This document shows, one piece after another, positions 37,283-46,450 of a DNA stretch of 59,886 bases. The stretch comes from an archaeon. GTDB lineage: Archaea; Iainarchaeota; Iainarchaeia; Iainarchaeales; 0-14-0-20-34-12. Where the stretch lies: assembly GCA_038046645.1 (NCBI GenBank), contig JBBSVU010000005.1, forward strand, positions 1 through 59,886. The letters are read 5' to 3'. The notes below the pieces were generated by a model, which saw only the letters and a list, made by a program, of their open reading frames with translations, ran no database searches and was not told where the DNA came from. A program made the position numbers and the translations under genes. Each line of letters starts with the position of its first letter. Positions within the stretch are counted from its first letter, which is position 1.

Positions 37283-37414
37283 GGGGAATTTGAAACATTT
37301 GTTTTGGATGCACCTTTATTTAAAAAACAGATAAAAATCGAAAAAGCCGAGAGAAAATAGGAAGGTTCCCGTGGCGAATTGATAATTAAAAAAGTAGGCT
37401 TGATGGAAAAATAA
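37283..37414 (+). pseudogene. Orphaned original 3' end of dph6
   Basis: Translates GEFETFVLDAPLFKKQIKIEKAERK*EGSRGELIIKKVGLMEK*. The TAG at 37358-37360 aligns with the Trp (TGG) of the expressed copy. Confidence 0.85.
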
Positions 37415-37678
37415 TTATTGTTTTTTTATCCTTCTTCTTATTCTTGTTGGCTCGAGCGTTTCAGCCCTTACCTGCCATTTTAGTATTAATTTTAAGAGCA
37501 TGCTGAATCCGTAAGTAACAATAATGACAAAGAATAATTCAAGCCATTTATCCGATCTCCAAAAATACTGTATCCAATCATTGCTTATGAATTTTACTTG
37601 AATGAGTATGAATACTACTATTAGAAAGCTTATTGCAAATAAAAATACCTTCCATAACAGTTCTTTGGTTTCTCCCAT
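37415..37678 (-). CDS. Small two-TM membrane protein
   Basis: Two hydrophobic helices and a basic C-tail. Lies directly downstream of lig. Confidence 0.65.
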   Translation of the reverse strand: MGETKELLWKVFLFAISFLIVVFILIQVKFISNDWIQYFWRSDKWLELFFVIIVTYGFSMLLKLILKWQVRAETLEPTRIRRRIKKQ

Positions 37679-37684
37679 ATTGCT

Positions 37685-39508
37685 TCATTCTCCTTTAACG
37701 TGTTTCTGCAAAGAATACATCTTTTTTATCTCTTCAACAGTTGTTGCATCTTCAGGTTTTTTATCAGTCCTTAATTTTACCATGCGCGGGAACCTTAAAG
37801 CTAAACCTTCATCCCCTTTTTTTGCGCATGCATGTATAGGGCTTTTAGTTATCTCATCTGCATTTATCTCAATCACATATTTTGGCATTACCCACACATC
37901 TGTTTCCAGTTCTGAAATATAATTGTTAGGCTTTTTATTAACCTTTATGCTGCCTAGCATTTCATTTAATTCTGACAATTGCTGTTCGCTTAACCCAGTG
38001 CCAATCTTTGCAATGCTTTCAAATCTGTCTTTTTCTTTGTTATATACGCCAACAAGCAATGCGCCTAGCCCAAATTGTGTTCTTTGCCCTCTCCCTTTGT
38101 AATAACCTAAAATTAAAGTGTCAATTGTGTCAGATAATTCTCCCTGATAAGACCTTTTCAGCTTTATCCATGAAAATTTCCTGGCTCCAGCGATATATTT
38201 TGAATTCAGATCCTTTGCAATTATTCCTTCTAACCCCTTTTCAACACATTCATCAAAGTATTCTGTTATCCTTTTAGGGTCATCAGTGATTATTCCTTCA
38301 ATCCTGCTAATTGAATTCCCTTCTTTTATGAGTTTCCCGAGCAGATTGTTCCTTTCCGTAAATTTTAAATCCATCACATTTTTCCCATCAACAAACATTA
38401 CATCAAAAACAAATAATTTAAGTGGGTATCTCTTAGAAAAATCCTTTATATCGTATTTTCTCTTCCTTTGAATTGTTACCTGAAAAGAATAAAATTCATT
38501 TGTTTCCTCATTTATTGCAACAGCTTCTCCCTCAAATATTGCCTGCTTTGCATTTATTTTCTCCTGCACAGCTTTTACAATTTCCGGAAACATTGGAGTC
38601 ATTTCTTCCTGGTTTCTGCTGAATATCGCAACTTTATCTTTATCCTTGTGGATCTGCATCCTGAATCCATCAATTTTCGGTTCAATTGAGCATTTCCCGA
38701 TTTTCTTTACAATCTCTTCAGCATTTTCCAAGCGTTCTGCCAATGTCGGCCTTATGGGAATCCCTAAGTCAATATCTATTGCATCCAGCCCTTTCAATCC
38801 CTGTTCTTTTAGTTTGCAAGAAATGCCCCCTAAATCAGAAAATATGTTGTATTTTTCCTCAATCTTTTCCCTTAATTTAAATTTCATGTGCTTTCTAGCT
38901 TCTTCCTCTGTTTTATATTCTGCAAGCATTTCTTTGTGCAATTTATTTTCTTTTTTTATGAATTCATCAAGGTAATTTAAAGATAGAGAATCCATTATTG
39001 TTGGATCCCCTGATCCTAACCTTAATTTTCCTATTGGAATCCTTACTATGAATTTTGCTTCAATAGGGTTTGCGGAATTTAAAAGTTCTGCAAGCAGTTT
39101 TATCTTTGTTTCCTGCGATCCAGGCCCGGAAGATTTTGAAATTTTAATCAAATTGTCAAATACTTTTGTTATTGTTAATTGTTCAGAGAACAATGCCTTC
39201 TGTTTCTTTTTTTTGGAAAGCATTTCAGCCACTAATCCCAAATCGCCTTTTTCCTTGTAAATCTTTTCAACATCATTTTCTTTATAACCCGTAACTGTTG
39301 CAATTGCCTTTATTACAAATTTTTCCCCCATCCCCACTTCCAAATTTTTATACTGCGGAGCTATTCTTCCTTGGCACAAATAAATTAGCTTTTCAATTTC
39401 TTTGGTTTCGGTCTTTTCAAAAAGTTCAGCTAAAATATCGGTCATTTCCAAGCGTGAGCTTTTCTCCTCAATTCTGTTGAAATAATCCGCCACATTCTGA
39501 AAGAGCAT
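37685..39508 (-). CDS. lig: ATP-dependent DNA ligase
   Basis: Motif I EPKIDGFR, FEGE, FDVM, EGIIAK, WIKLKR and ALRFPR. Confidence 0.97.
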   Translation of the reverse strand: MLFQNVADYFNRIEEKSSRLEMTDILAELFEKTETKEIEKLIYLCQGRIAPQYKNLEVGMGEKFVIKAIATVTGYKENDVEKIYKEKGDLGLVAEMLSKKKKQKALFSEQLTITKVFDNLIKISKSSGPGSQETKIKLLAELLNSANPIEAKFIVRIPIGKLRLGSGDPTIMDSLSLNYLDEFIKKENKLHKEMLAEYKTEEEARKHMKFKLREKIEEKYNIFSDLGGISCKLKEQGLKGLDAIDIDLGIPIRPTLAERLENAEEIVKKIGKCSIEPKIDGFRMQIHKDKDKVAIFSRNQEEMTPMFPEIVKAVQEKINAKQAIFEGEAVAINEETNEFYSFQVTIQRKRKYDIKDFSKRYPLKLFVFDVMFVDGKNVMDLKFTERNNLLGKLIKEGNSISRIEGIITDDPKRITEYFDECVEKGLEGIIAKDLNSKYIAGARKFSWIKLKRSYQGELSDTIDTLILGYYKGRGQRTQFGLGALLVGVYNKEKDRFESIAKIGTGLSEQQLSELNEMLGSIKVNKKPNNYISELETDVWVMPKYVIEINADEITKSPIHACAKKGDEGLALRFPRMVKLRTDKKPEDATTVEEIKKMYSLQKHVKGE

Positions 39509-39599
39509 ACTATGTTTAGGATAAAGATTTATTTAAAAGTATCCATGGATAACACGCAGCCAATACTGTTTTTAAGCAATTCTTTTGTTTAATTTTAAT

Positions 39600-40790
39600 A
39601 TGGTGGGCTTTGACGAACGCGGAAGGGCGCATGTTTCTTTTAGCAAGGAAACAATGGAGCCGATTGCTGATGCTATTTTGGATATGCTTGAGGACATTGA
39701 AACAGAAGTAATGAAAGGCAAGCCTGTTTATGTATTGCATTTTCCAAGGGGAGCCACACCTATTGTAGATTCAATAGAATATGCAAGAACTAAATTAAGG
39801 GCATGGACTAAGAGAAGTTTTAATGTGATTAAAGTGCCGGTAAGCAGGGAAAATATGGATACCTGGGAAGCTGATGCCAAGATTAGGGAAGCATTGGCTG
39901 ATGTGCCTAATGGTGCAACTGTTTTTTATTTGGATGAAACAGTTTCAGGCAGAAATTCAAAAGGGAATATTAAATCCGTGATTGGCGCAACAAAAAATAA
40001 AGGAATTTCGTTAAGGGCGAATCTTCTTGTTTCAAGTGATGCCAAATACCTTGAATATGCGCAACTTAAGCAATTTAGAAATTTCCAGAGAAATCCCGTA
40101 GTTAAGATAAGATTGCATATTGTGCCTTTTGATATCCCTTGGAGTGATTTTACTGCAGCATTAGGTTTTAATTGGGGCCTGATGCATAAATTCCCGAGAA
40201 AGGTTTTGGAATTAGGTTTGGCTGATAAATTAACGCCGAAAGAGTTAGGCGCATTATTAAAAAAATGGGAAAGAGAATTTGAAGCAATTTATTTTGAAAG
40301 AATAGGCAAAAAGCGCGGGAAGGTTCTTCAGGTGAAGCATGATGACCCAAGATATTCTGACAGGGAAAAGATTGCCACAGATTGCATGTATGAAGCAGCA
40401 AGAAGATTAGGGTATGCTGAAGAGTATAATATAAGACGTTTAGGGGATCATGGGCTTAGCGTACTTGGCACAAATGTTATCTTCCATAGGCTTTCGAGAT
40501 ATTTATTTGATGACCATCCTAGCCATATCCTTTTAGGGGATAAAGCACCGCAATCTAAAAGAAGGGCATATCAGGAGATGGTTACCCCGGATAATCTTAC
40601 TTTAGTGGATATTAGGGGCCTTTCAGATAAAAGTGTTATTCTTACAAAAGCATTGCAGGCAGCAGTCGGCGCTGAGGTTCATAAAAGAAGGGCTGATTTT
40701 TTGAGAAAATTTGCCGTCCCAGTTACACACAAGAGAACAACATTGCCCAGCCCAAGAAGATTAAGGCTAAGAAGCCCAAGACGAAGGTAA
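39600..40790 (+). CDS. Orphan protein with a PRTase-like N-terminal half and an Arg-rich tail
   Basis: VLHFPRGATP and VFYLDETVSGRN resemble PRT-fold motifs. C-terminus PSPRRLRLRSPRRR. Confidence 0.55.
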   Translation: MVGFDERGRAHVSFSKETMEPIADAILDMLEDIETEVMKGKPVYVLHFPRGATPIVDSIEYARTKLRAWTKRSFNVIKVPVSRENMDTWEADAKIREALADVPNGATVFYLDETVSGRNSKGNIKSVIGATKNKGISLRANLLVSSDAKYLEYAQLKQFRNFQRNPVVKIRLHIVPFDIPWSDFTAALGFNWGLMHKFPRKVLELGLADKLTPKELGALLKKWEREFEAIYFERIGKKRGKVLQVKHDDPRYSDREKIATDCMYEAARRLGYAEEYNIRRLGDHGLSVLGTNVIFHRLSRYLFDDHPSHILLGDKAPQSKRRAYQEMVTPDNLTLVDIRGLSDKSVILTKALQAAVGAEVHKRRADFLRKFAVPVTHKRTTLPSPRRLRLRSPRRR

Positions 40791-40870
40791 TTCCTTTATA
40801 TTTGCCATACTAATTATATTATAAATTTTTTCAAATGCTTATCTATATCAAAAGGACGCAACACGCTGTT

Positions 40871-41049
40871 GGGGCTGTGGTGTAGCCTGGTCTAGCATAT
40901 AAGCTTTGGGGCCAAACTTTTCTTTTTTGAAAAGAAAAGTTTAGGCGTATCAAAAGAAAATAAGTTTTAGGATTATCAAAAGAAAACAATTTTCTTTTAG
41001 GTAACTGGCAAATTAGCTTACGACCCCGGTTCAAATCCGGGCAGCCTCA
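40871..41049 (+). tRNA. tRNA-Pro(TGG) with a 104-nt intron at 37/38 (40911-41014)
   Basis: Acceptor GGGGCTG/CAGCCTC, anticodon stem TAAGC/GCTTA, BHB helix TTTG/CAAA with 3-nt bulges, GGTTCAAATCC T-arm. Confidence 0.93.
40912..40960 (+). repeat. Dispersed A/T hairpin repeat module inside the tRNA-Pro intron
   Basis: ccaaacttttctttt-ttg-aaaagaaaagtttaggcgtatcaaaagaaaa. A close copy lies at 50061-50114. Confidence 0.8.
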
Positions 41050-41053
41050 AACC

Positions 41054-41110
41054 CCTTTTCTCTTTTTAAAGAGAAAAGGCGTTTACGGTCAAAAGAGAAA
41101 AAGAAAAGTT
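41054..41110 (+). repeat. Related hairpin repeat module directly 3' of tRNA-Pro
   Basis: ccttttctctt-ttta-aagagaaaagg, then gtcaaaagagaaaaagaaaagtt. Confidence 0.65.
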
Positions 41111-41118
41111 AGTATCAC

Positions 41119-41255
41119 TGACGCTCCATGGGTGCGCGGAAGCCCAAACTTTTAAGTTTGGGAGGAGCGCACCCATTTCATTCCTTTCTGTATTGGGCTT
41201 CCGCCTGAAGCCCACTCTACTAAAGACGCCATGGGCTTCAGCCCATGGAGCGTCA
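41119..41255. mobile_element. GC-rich non-coding mini-element resembling IS200/IS605 ends (PATE/MITE-like)
   Basis: 14-bp terminal inverted repeats tgacgctccatggg/cccatggagcgtca, and internal gaagcccaaac-tttta-agtttgggagga and ccatgggcttcagcccatgg hairpins. Confidence 0.6.
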
Positions 41256-41305
41256 CAAAAGAAAAAGAGAAAGCTAGTTGCACCAAAAAGAAAGAGGAAC
41301 TATTT

Positions 41306-41662
41306 TTAAATTCCTAAAAATTTTATAATAAAACCAAGCAAGATCAAATTAAGCGTTATTGGGATAATGGTGTGCTTTGCAATTTTTGCCCCTGCTGTGA
41401 AAAAAGAAAAGGTGCAGGCAAATGGGAAATAAATTAATGGGTTATTTGTTGCTGGCGATATTATTCCCAGTAAAGTAAATATGTCAGCAAGGCTGATTAA
41501 CCAGATTGAAATTACAAAAAGCCCTTTGAGTGATATCTTGTTGTAGGCTATTTGCGTTGCCAGTAGGAATATGAATGCCCAGCCCAAATTGTTCAATAAA
41601 AGGTTGTTTATCACGTAATCAAAATCCCCTATTGCTAGCCTTGCCAGAAGTTCTATTAACAT
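41306..41662 (-). CDS. Membrane protein, unknown function
   Basis: 118 aa, about 4 TM helices. Confidence 0.6.
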   Translation of the reverse strand: MLIELLARLAIGDFDYVINNLLLNNLGWAFIFLLATQIAYNKISLKGLFVISIWLISLADIFTLLGIISPATNNPLIYFPFACTFSFFTAGAKIAKHTIIPITLNLILLGFIIKFLGI

Positions 41663-41756
41663 ATATAAAATGCCCCCAAGTTAGCTTATTTGTATTATTG
41701 TTCCCCAAGGGGGTCGCAATAGATAGATTTTTATTATTTTTAGTGCATCTTTAAGT

Positions 41757-42527
41757 ATGGAACTGAAGCGTTTGGGTGAAATAGGCCTGACAGAGGGTGA
41801 AGTTAAGGTATATCTGGCATTGTTGCGGCTCGGCCTGACCAAGACAGGGCAGCTTGCATTAAAAGCAGGGGTTTCAAGCTCAAAGGTTTATAAGATTTTA
41901 GGTCGCCTGGAAAAGAAGGGGTTGGCAGGTCATGTGATTAAAGGCAAGATAAAATATTACAAGCCAATGGAACCAGAACGCTTGCTTGATTATTTGAATG
42001 AAAAAGAAAAGGAATTTTCAGAAAAAAGGGCTATTGTTGAAACACTAATGCCTGAATTAAAGAATGAGCAGGCGTCTGCTGCTAAGTTAAATGAAGCAGT
42101 TATTTACCAGGGCTTTAAAGGGGTGTCTAATTTTTTCAAAAATCTTATTGATGAATTGCAGAAAGGCGATTGTTATTATGTTATTGGGGCATATTATGGC
42201 AATGAGGCACAGGATGAAGTGACGGCAAGATGGAGGGATTTTTTCTTCAAGCACCACCTAAGAAGAACAAGCAAGGGCATTAAGGTAAAGATGCTTGCCA
42301 ATTATGACATAAAAGGAAAAATGGTCAAGACAACCCAGAAAAATTCAGAGATACGGTTTTTGCCGCAGTATTTAGTAACAAATATGGAAATTGTTTTTTA
42401 CAAAAATAAATCATTTATTGCAATTTTTACCTCAGAACCTGTTGGGTTTTTGATAGAAAACGAGGAAGCTACTTTGGGTTTTAAGAAATATTTTGAAGCA
42501 TTTTGGAAGATAGCGGAAAAAAGTTAA
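41757..42527 (+). CDS. TrmB-family transcriptional regulator
   Basis: IGLTEGEVKVYLALL...SKVYKILGRLEKKGL wHTH, VIYQGFKGV and a PLD-like C-domain. Confidence 0.9.
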   Translation: MELKRLGEIGLTEGEVKVYLALLRLGLTKTGQLALKAGVSSSKVYKILGRLEKKGLAGHVIKGKIKYYKPMEPERLLDYLNEKEKEFSEKRAIVETLMPELKNEQASAAKLNEAVIYQGFKGVSNFFKNLIDELQKGDCYYVIGAYYGNEAQDEVTARWRDFFFKHHLRRTSKGIKVKMLANYDIKGKMVKTTQKNSEIRFLPQYLVTNMEIVFYKNKSFIAIFTSEPVGFLIENEEATLGFKKYFEAFWKIAEKS

Positions 42528-42558
42528 TTATTTATTCTAAAGTGCCTTAATTATAACG

Positions 42559-43131
42559 ATGTCCCACAGGATTTTGCTAGAAGGCCTAATAAAAATTAAG
42601 AAATCATTTGTTGCCGAACAGGTAATGGTCCTAAGAAGCGTCTCAAATGAGTTGATGAGAGAAGCTTCAATAAAAAATGATTCCTTATTGGCGCATGCAG
42701 CAATTATTGCCTATTGTTTGCACAAATTTTTGACAAAAGAACATGTTGTAACATCAGGTTTCTGGCTTGAATATAAAATGGCAGTTCTTTCATCACTGGA
42801 AAATTCAATAAAGCTGATTGAAAAGAATAACTTAAAAGATTACAAGGAAGAGCTTGATTCAATCTCTGCCCATCTTGAAAAGCTTGATAGGGAGATAGGG
42901 CGTTATGTGCAAGGGTTATACACTAAAGCAAAAGTAAAATACGCTGCAGATGCTTATTATTACGGGCTTTCACTGAGCAAGGCTGCGGCCTTGACTAATG
43001 CAGATTTAAGTGCGCTGCAGCAATACATCGGTGTTACAACACAGCACGATATTGATGCAGACAAGAAAGGCATTAGCGTAAGGCTTAATGAATTCAAGAA
43101 AGCAATAAATTATGTTTCTAGGGTGGATTAA
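42559..43131 (+). CDS. Helical hypothetical protein with a C-terminal HTH-like segment
   Basis: 190 aa, GLSLSKAAALT. First gene of a three-gene run. Confidence 0.65.
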   Translation: MSHRILLEGLIKIKKSFVAEQVMVLRSVSNELMREASIKNDSLLAHAAIIAYCLHKFLTKEHVVTSGFWLEYKMAVLSSLENSIKLIEKNNLKDYKEELDSISAHLEKLDREIGRYVQGLYTKAKVKYAADAYYYGLSLSKAAALTNADLSALQQYIGVTTQHDIDADKKGISVRLNEFKKAINYVSRVD

Positions 43132-43132
43132 A

Positions 43133-43819
43133 ATGGCTGAATCAACAAAAGTAATTATTGATTCTAGCACTTTAATTGCATTGTCCGGAAGCTGCCTTTT
43201 CAACATTTTGCACAGGCTGAAGGAAAAAAACAGCCTAGATTTCCTGATTTCAGAAAAGGTGAGAAAGGAATCTGTAGATACGCCTCTTTCAATAAACAGG
43301 TTTGAGCTTAATGCATTAAGGATCAGGGAGGCAATAAATAAAGGCACAATATTTGTTGTAAAGCAAAGTAAGGATCTTGGCGATTTGATGAAGCAGATGG
43401 GCAATGCTGCCGAGAATGTTTTTACCTCTGAAGGCACAGGCTCTTTAAGCTTGGTCCATGCTGGTGAGTTAGAATCCATAGCTTTGGTGAAATTATTAAA
43501 TGCTAAAGTTCTTGCAATTGATGAGCGCATAACAAGGTTTTTTGTGGAAAATCCTGAGGAATTGAGGACTCTGCTAGAAACAAGAAGGGATGAAAAAATA
43601 TCTTTTGATGAAAAAGCATATCTCAAATTTGCTGAATTAATGCCTGAAATGTCAATAATACGGTCTAGCGAATTGATTGCGCTGTCCTATGAACAGGGAT
43701 TTTTGGAAGCTGATTTAGGCAAGGGAAAGGAAACATTGAAGGCAGCATTATTTGCACTTAAAAATAATGGCTGCGCGCTTTCAGGATATGAGATAAAATC
43801 TTTTGTGAATAAATTATGA
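43133..43819 (+). CDS. PIN-like domain protein
   Basis: VIIDSSTLIAL, VHAGELESIAL and VLAIDERITR. Confidence 0.75.
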   Translation: MAESTKVIIDSSTLIALSGSCLFNILHRLKEKNSLDFLISEKVRKESVDTPLSINRFELNALRIREAINKGTIFVVKQSKDLGDLMKQMGNAAENVFTSEGTGSLSLVHAGELESIALVKLLNAKVLAIDERITRFFVENPEELRTLLETRRDEKISFDEKAYLKFAELMPEMSIIRSSELIALSYEQGFLEADLGKGKETLKAALFALKNNGCALSGYEIKSFVNKL

Positions 43820-44274
43820 TGGCTTTTTCTGCAGTTGAACTCTCTGATTTAAGAAAAATACTGCCTTTGATAAAAAAAGAGTTCTCGTACACAAAAATGA
43901 CCCTGATTAACCTCAGGATGCGCTTCAAAGATACAAAAAAATTTCTTTTTCTGAAGGTTTTAAACGATTCCGAGTTAGCTGGTTTTGCAGAAGTAGAATT
44001 CCTGGAAAAAAACCTCGCGAGAATAAACGGGATAGCAATTCTGGAAAGCTTCAGGAGAAAAGGTTATGGCAAATTCCTGCTTGAGAATGTTTTGTGTCTG
44101 CTTACTGAGATGGGTGCGCTTAAAGTGATATTGCTGGTGAGGGAGAATAATGAAAATGCAAGGGCATTATATGAAAAATTCGGTTTCAAGAAGTATTACG
44201 CCGATAAAATAAGCAAAGTGGATTCTTTTTCGCTTGATTTAAATCCTTTTGATCAATACTCTTTTGCTGCATAA
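43816..44274 (+). CDS. GNAT family N-acetyltransferase
   Basis: IAILESFRRKGYGK and NENARALYEKFGF. Confidence 0.9.
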   Translation: MMAFSAVELSDLRKILPLIKKEFSYTKMTLINLRMRFKDTKKFLFLKVLNDSELAGFAEVEFLEKNLARINGIAILESFRRKGYGKFLLENVLCLLTEMGALKVILLVRENNENARALYEKFGFKKYYADKISKVDSFSLDLNPFDQYSFAA

Positions 44275-45749
44275 GCAACAACAGTTGCTTTTTTTCCGCA
44301 AACAATGCAATTTCCAGAGGCTTTTTCCTGAATATCTGCCCTTTTGCCCCTTATTCTTGCCATCATGTTTTTTTCAATTACTGTTGCGCATTCTTCCCCG
44401 TCTTTCTCAAGCGAGCAGAAATTTACTTTCACAAGATTGCGTTCCTCAAGGTATTTTTTCAGTTCTTCAATATCCTTTGCAGATTTTATTTTTTCCTTAA
44501 ACCGTGCATCTGCCTTTTCCCTCAAATTATTTATAATTTCTTTCTTTGCTCTTTCAATATGCTCAATTAAATCGGCAGGATTTAATACCTCTTTTTTCTT
44601 TGTATCCCTTCTGAATATTACTATGTGATTTTCCTTCAATTCCTTTGGGCCTATTTCTATTCTTAATGGGACGCCTTTCATTTCCCAATAATAGAATTTT
44701 TCGCCCATTGTCCTGTCGGATGCATCTATCTCAACCCTATAGCCTTTCTCAAATAATTCATCCTTCAATTTATTTGCCATTTTCAAAACAGCGGGGTCTT
44801 TTTCTGCTGCTATTGGGATTATTGCTATCTGCACAGGAGCAATTTCAAAAGGGAATATTAAGCCAGAAGCATCACCATGTGTTGCTATTACACCTGCAAA
44901 TATCCTGCTTATGCAAGGCCCATAACAATTCAAATATGCTAATTTTTCATTTCCATCCTTGTCTTTAAACAATACATTAAATGGCTTGGAAAAATTCTGC
45001 CCAAGAATGTGTGTAGAAGGCAGCTGCAATGTCCTGCCATCCGGTGTTAATGTATCCGCACCAAATGTTGAGACTGCCCCGGCAAATTTATCCCAGGCAG
45101 GCCTTTCAAAGAAAATATACGGAACACCTAATTTTTCATGCAGTATTGTTTCTGTCGTTTCCATATCTTCCTTTACCTGATTTTTGGACTCTTCCAAAGA
45201 AGAAAAAGCATTATGTGTTTCAATCCAGTAAAATTCCCTGCTCCTTAAAAAAGGCCTTGTTGCCTTTGTTTCATACCTCCAAACCTGCGCTCTTTGATAT
45301 GTCTTGAATGGCAAATCCCTGTATGAGCGAATCCATAAAGCAAACATCTGGTAAAAAGCGGTTTCGCTTGTTGGCCTTAATGCAAGTTTTTCCTCGAATT
45401 TTTCACCATTGCCATGTTCTGTAACCCAGAAAACCTCAGGGGCAAACCCCTCAACATGTTCTTTTTCAAGCATAAAATTGCTTTCAGGTATCAATGAAGG
45501 GTACCAATATGGCTTATGCCCTTTTTTTTGCAGTTCTTTCTCAAATAAATCATACATTGCTTCCATTGCCAGAACAGACCATGGCTGGAAAACTAAAAAG
45601 CCCTTTACGTTGTATCTGATGTCAGCTAACTCTGCTGTTTTTATAATATCAGTAAACCAGTCTGAAAAATTCTTGTCCTTGTCAATATTGAAGGTTACTT
45701 TTTCCGAGTCTTTTCCTTCATTCTTTGCCTGGTTTTTTTCATTAGCCAT
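44253..45749 (-). CDS. proS: Prolyl-tRNA synthetase (archaeal/eukaryotic type)
   Basis: LRPTSET, RYETKATRPFLRSREF, HILGQNFS and a C-terminal Zn-binding CIVCG. Confidence 0.97.
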   Translation of the reverse strand: MANEKNQAKNEGKDSEKVTFNIDKDKNFSDWFTDIIKTAELADIRYNVKGFLVFQPWSVLAMEAMYDLFEKELQKKGHKPYWYPSLIPESNFMLEKEHVEGFAPEVFWVTEHGNGEKFEEKLALRPTSETAFYQMFALWIRSYRDLPFKTYQRAQVWRYETKATRPFLRSREFYWIETHNAFSSLEESKNQVKEDMETTETILHEKLGVPYIFFERPAWDKFAGAVSTFGADTLTPDGRTLQLPSTHILGQNFSKPFNVLFKDKDGNEKLAYLNCYGPCISRIFAGVIATHGDASGLIFPFEIAPVQIAIIPIAAEKDPAVLKMANKLKDELFEKGYRVEIDASDRTMGEKFYYWEMKGVPLRIEIGPKELKENHIVIFRRDTKKKEVLNPADLIEHIERAKKEIINNLREKADARFKEKIKSAKDIEELKKYLEERNLVKVNFCSLEKDGEECATVIEKNMMARIRGKRADIQEKASGNCIVCGKKATVVAYAAKEY

Positions 45750-45800
45750 TATATTAGCATCTGAATAAGCCTTTTTAATGGTTATTAATGTTTATTACAT

Positions 45801-46391
45801 ATGCGCCTGCCATTTAGAAGATTTTTTAGGGCTGTTGCCGATAGGGCAAGAATGCTTGGCCAAAGAAAAGGAAAAAGTGAAAGAAAGGCGCCTGTTAGAA
45901 CAGAACCTGCTGATTTTGATGAGCCGCCAACTGTTTCAATAGGGTTGGATGATAATATGCAAAGAGAGATGGCAGGAAATTTGCATAGGCTGGCATCAGC
46001 TAAAGGTTTTAGGATAAATAGAAAACCAGAAGAAGTACAAATAGTCAGGGCAGATGGTCGCACTTTAATTATTTCCGCCAGGTCTGACCCTAGGATTTCA
46101 CTTAAATTCTCAGTTAACGTAGAAGAAGAACCAACAGAATCAGGGAAAAATCCAAGCCTTTATGTTAAACTGCCCGGAAAAGATTCATTATTATTTTTAA
46201 CCAAGAAAAGCCCAGGTGTTTTTATCTCCGAGCCTTTTGGGCGTTTGCATGTGGCAGCTGCAAACCTACCTAGTGAATTCATTTCAAAATTCCAGGGCCA
46301 TTTTGAAGTAAGGTATGAAGGCGCCGACAAAAAACCAAGGGTTTATTTTTATAATTTTGGCAGGCCAAATTGCACCAGCAGCCTAGGGTAA
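45801..46391 (+). CDS. Arg-rich orphan protein
   Basis: 196 aa, MRLPFRRFFRAVADRAR N-terminus. No family recognised. Confidence 0.6.
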   Translation: MRLPFRRFFRAVADRARMLGQRKGKSERKAPVRTEPADFDEPPTVSIGLDDNMQREMAGNLHRLASAKGFRINRKPEEVQIVRADGRTLIISARSDPRISLKFSVNVEEEPTESGKNPSLYVKLPGKDSLLFLTKKSPGVFISEPFGRLHVAAANLPSEFISKFQGHFEVRYEGADKKPRVYFYNFGRPNCTSSLG

Positions 46392-46450
46392 TACATTAAC
46401 CTTTTATTAACAAAATAATACTATTTTTATATGCGTTTTATATTGCTTTT

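Noticed and set aside
40843-41034. 63-aa minus-strand ORF
   Set aside because: It lies antisense over tRNA-Pro and its intron.
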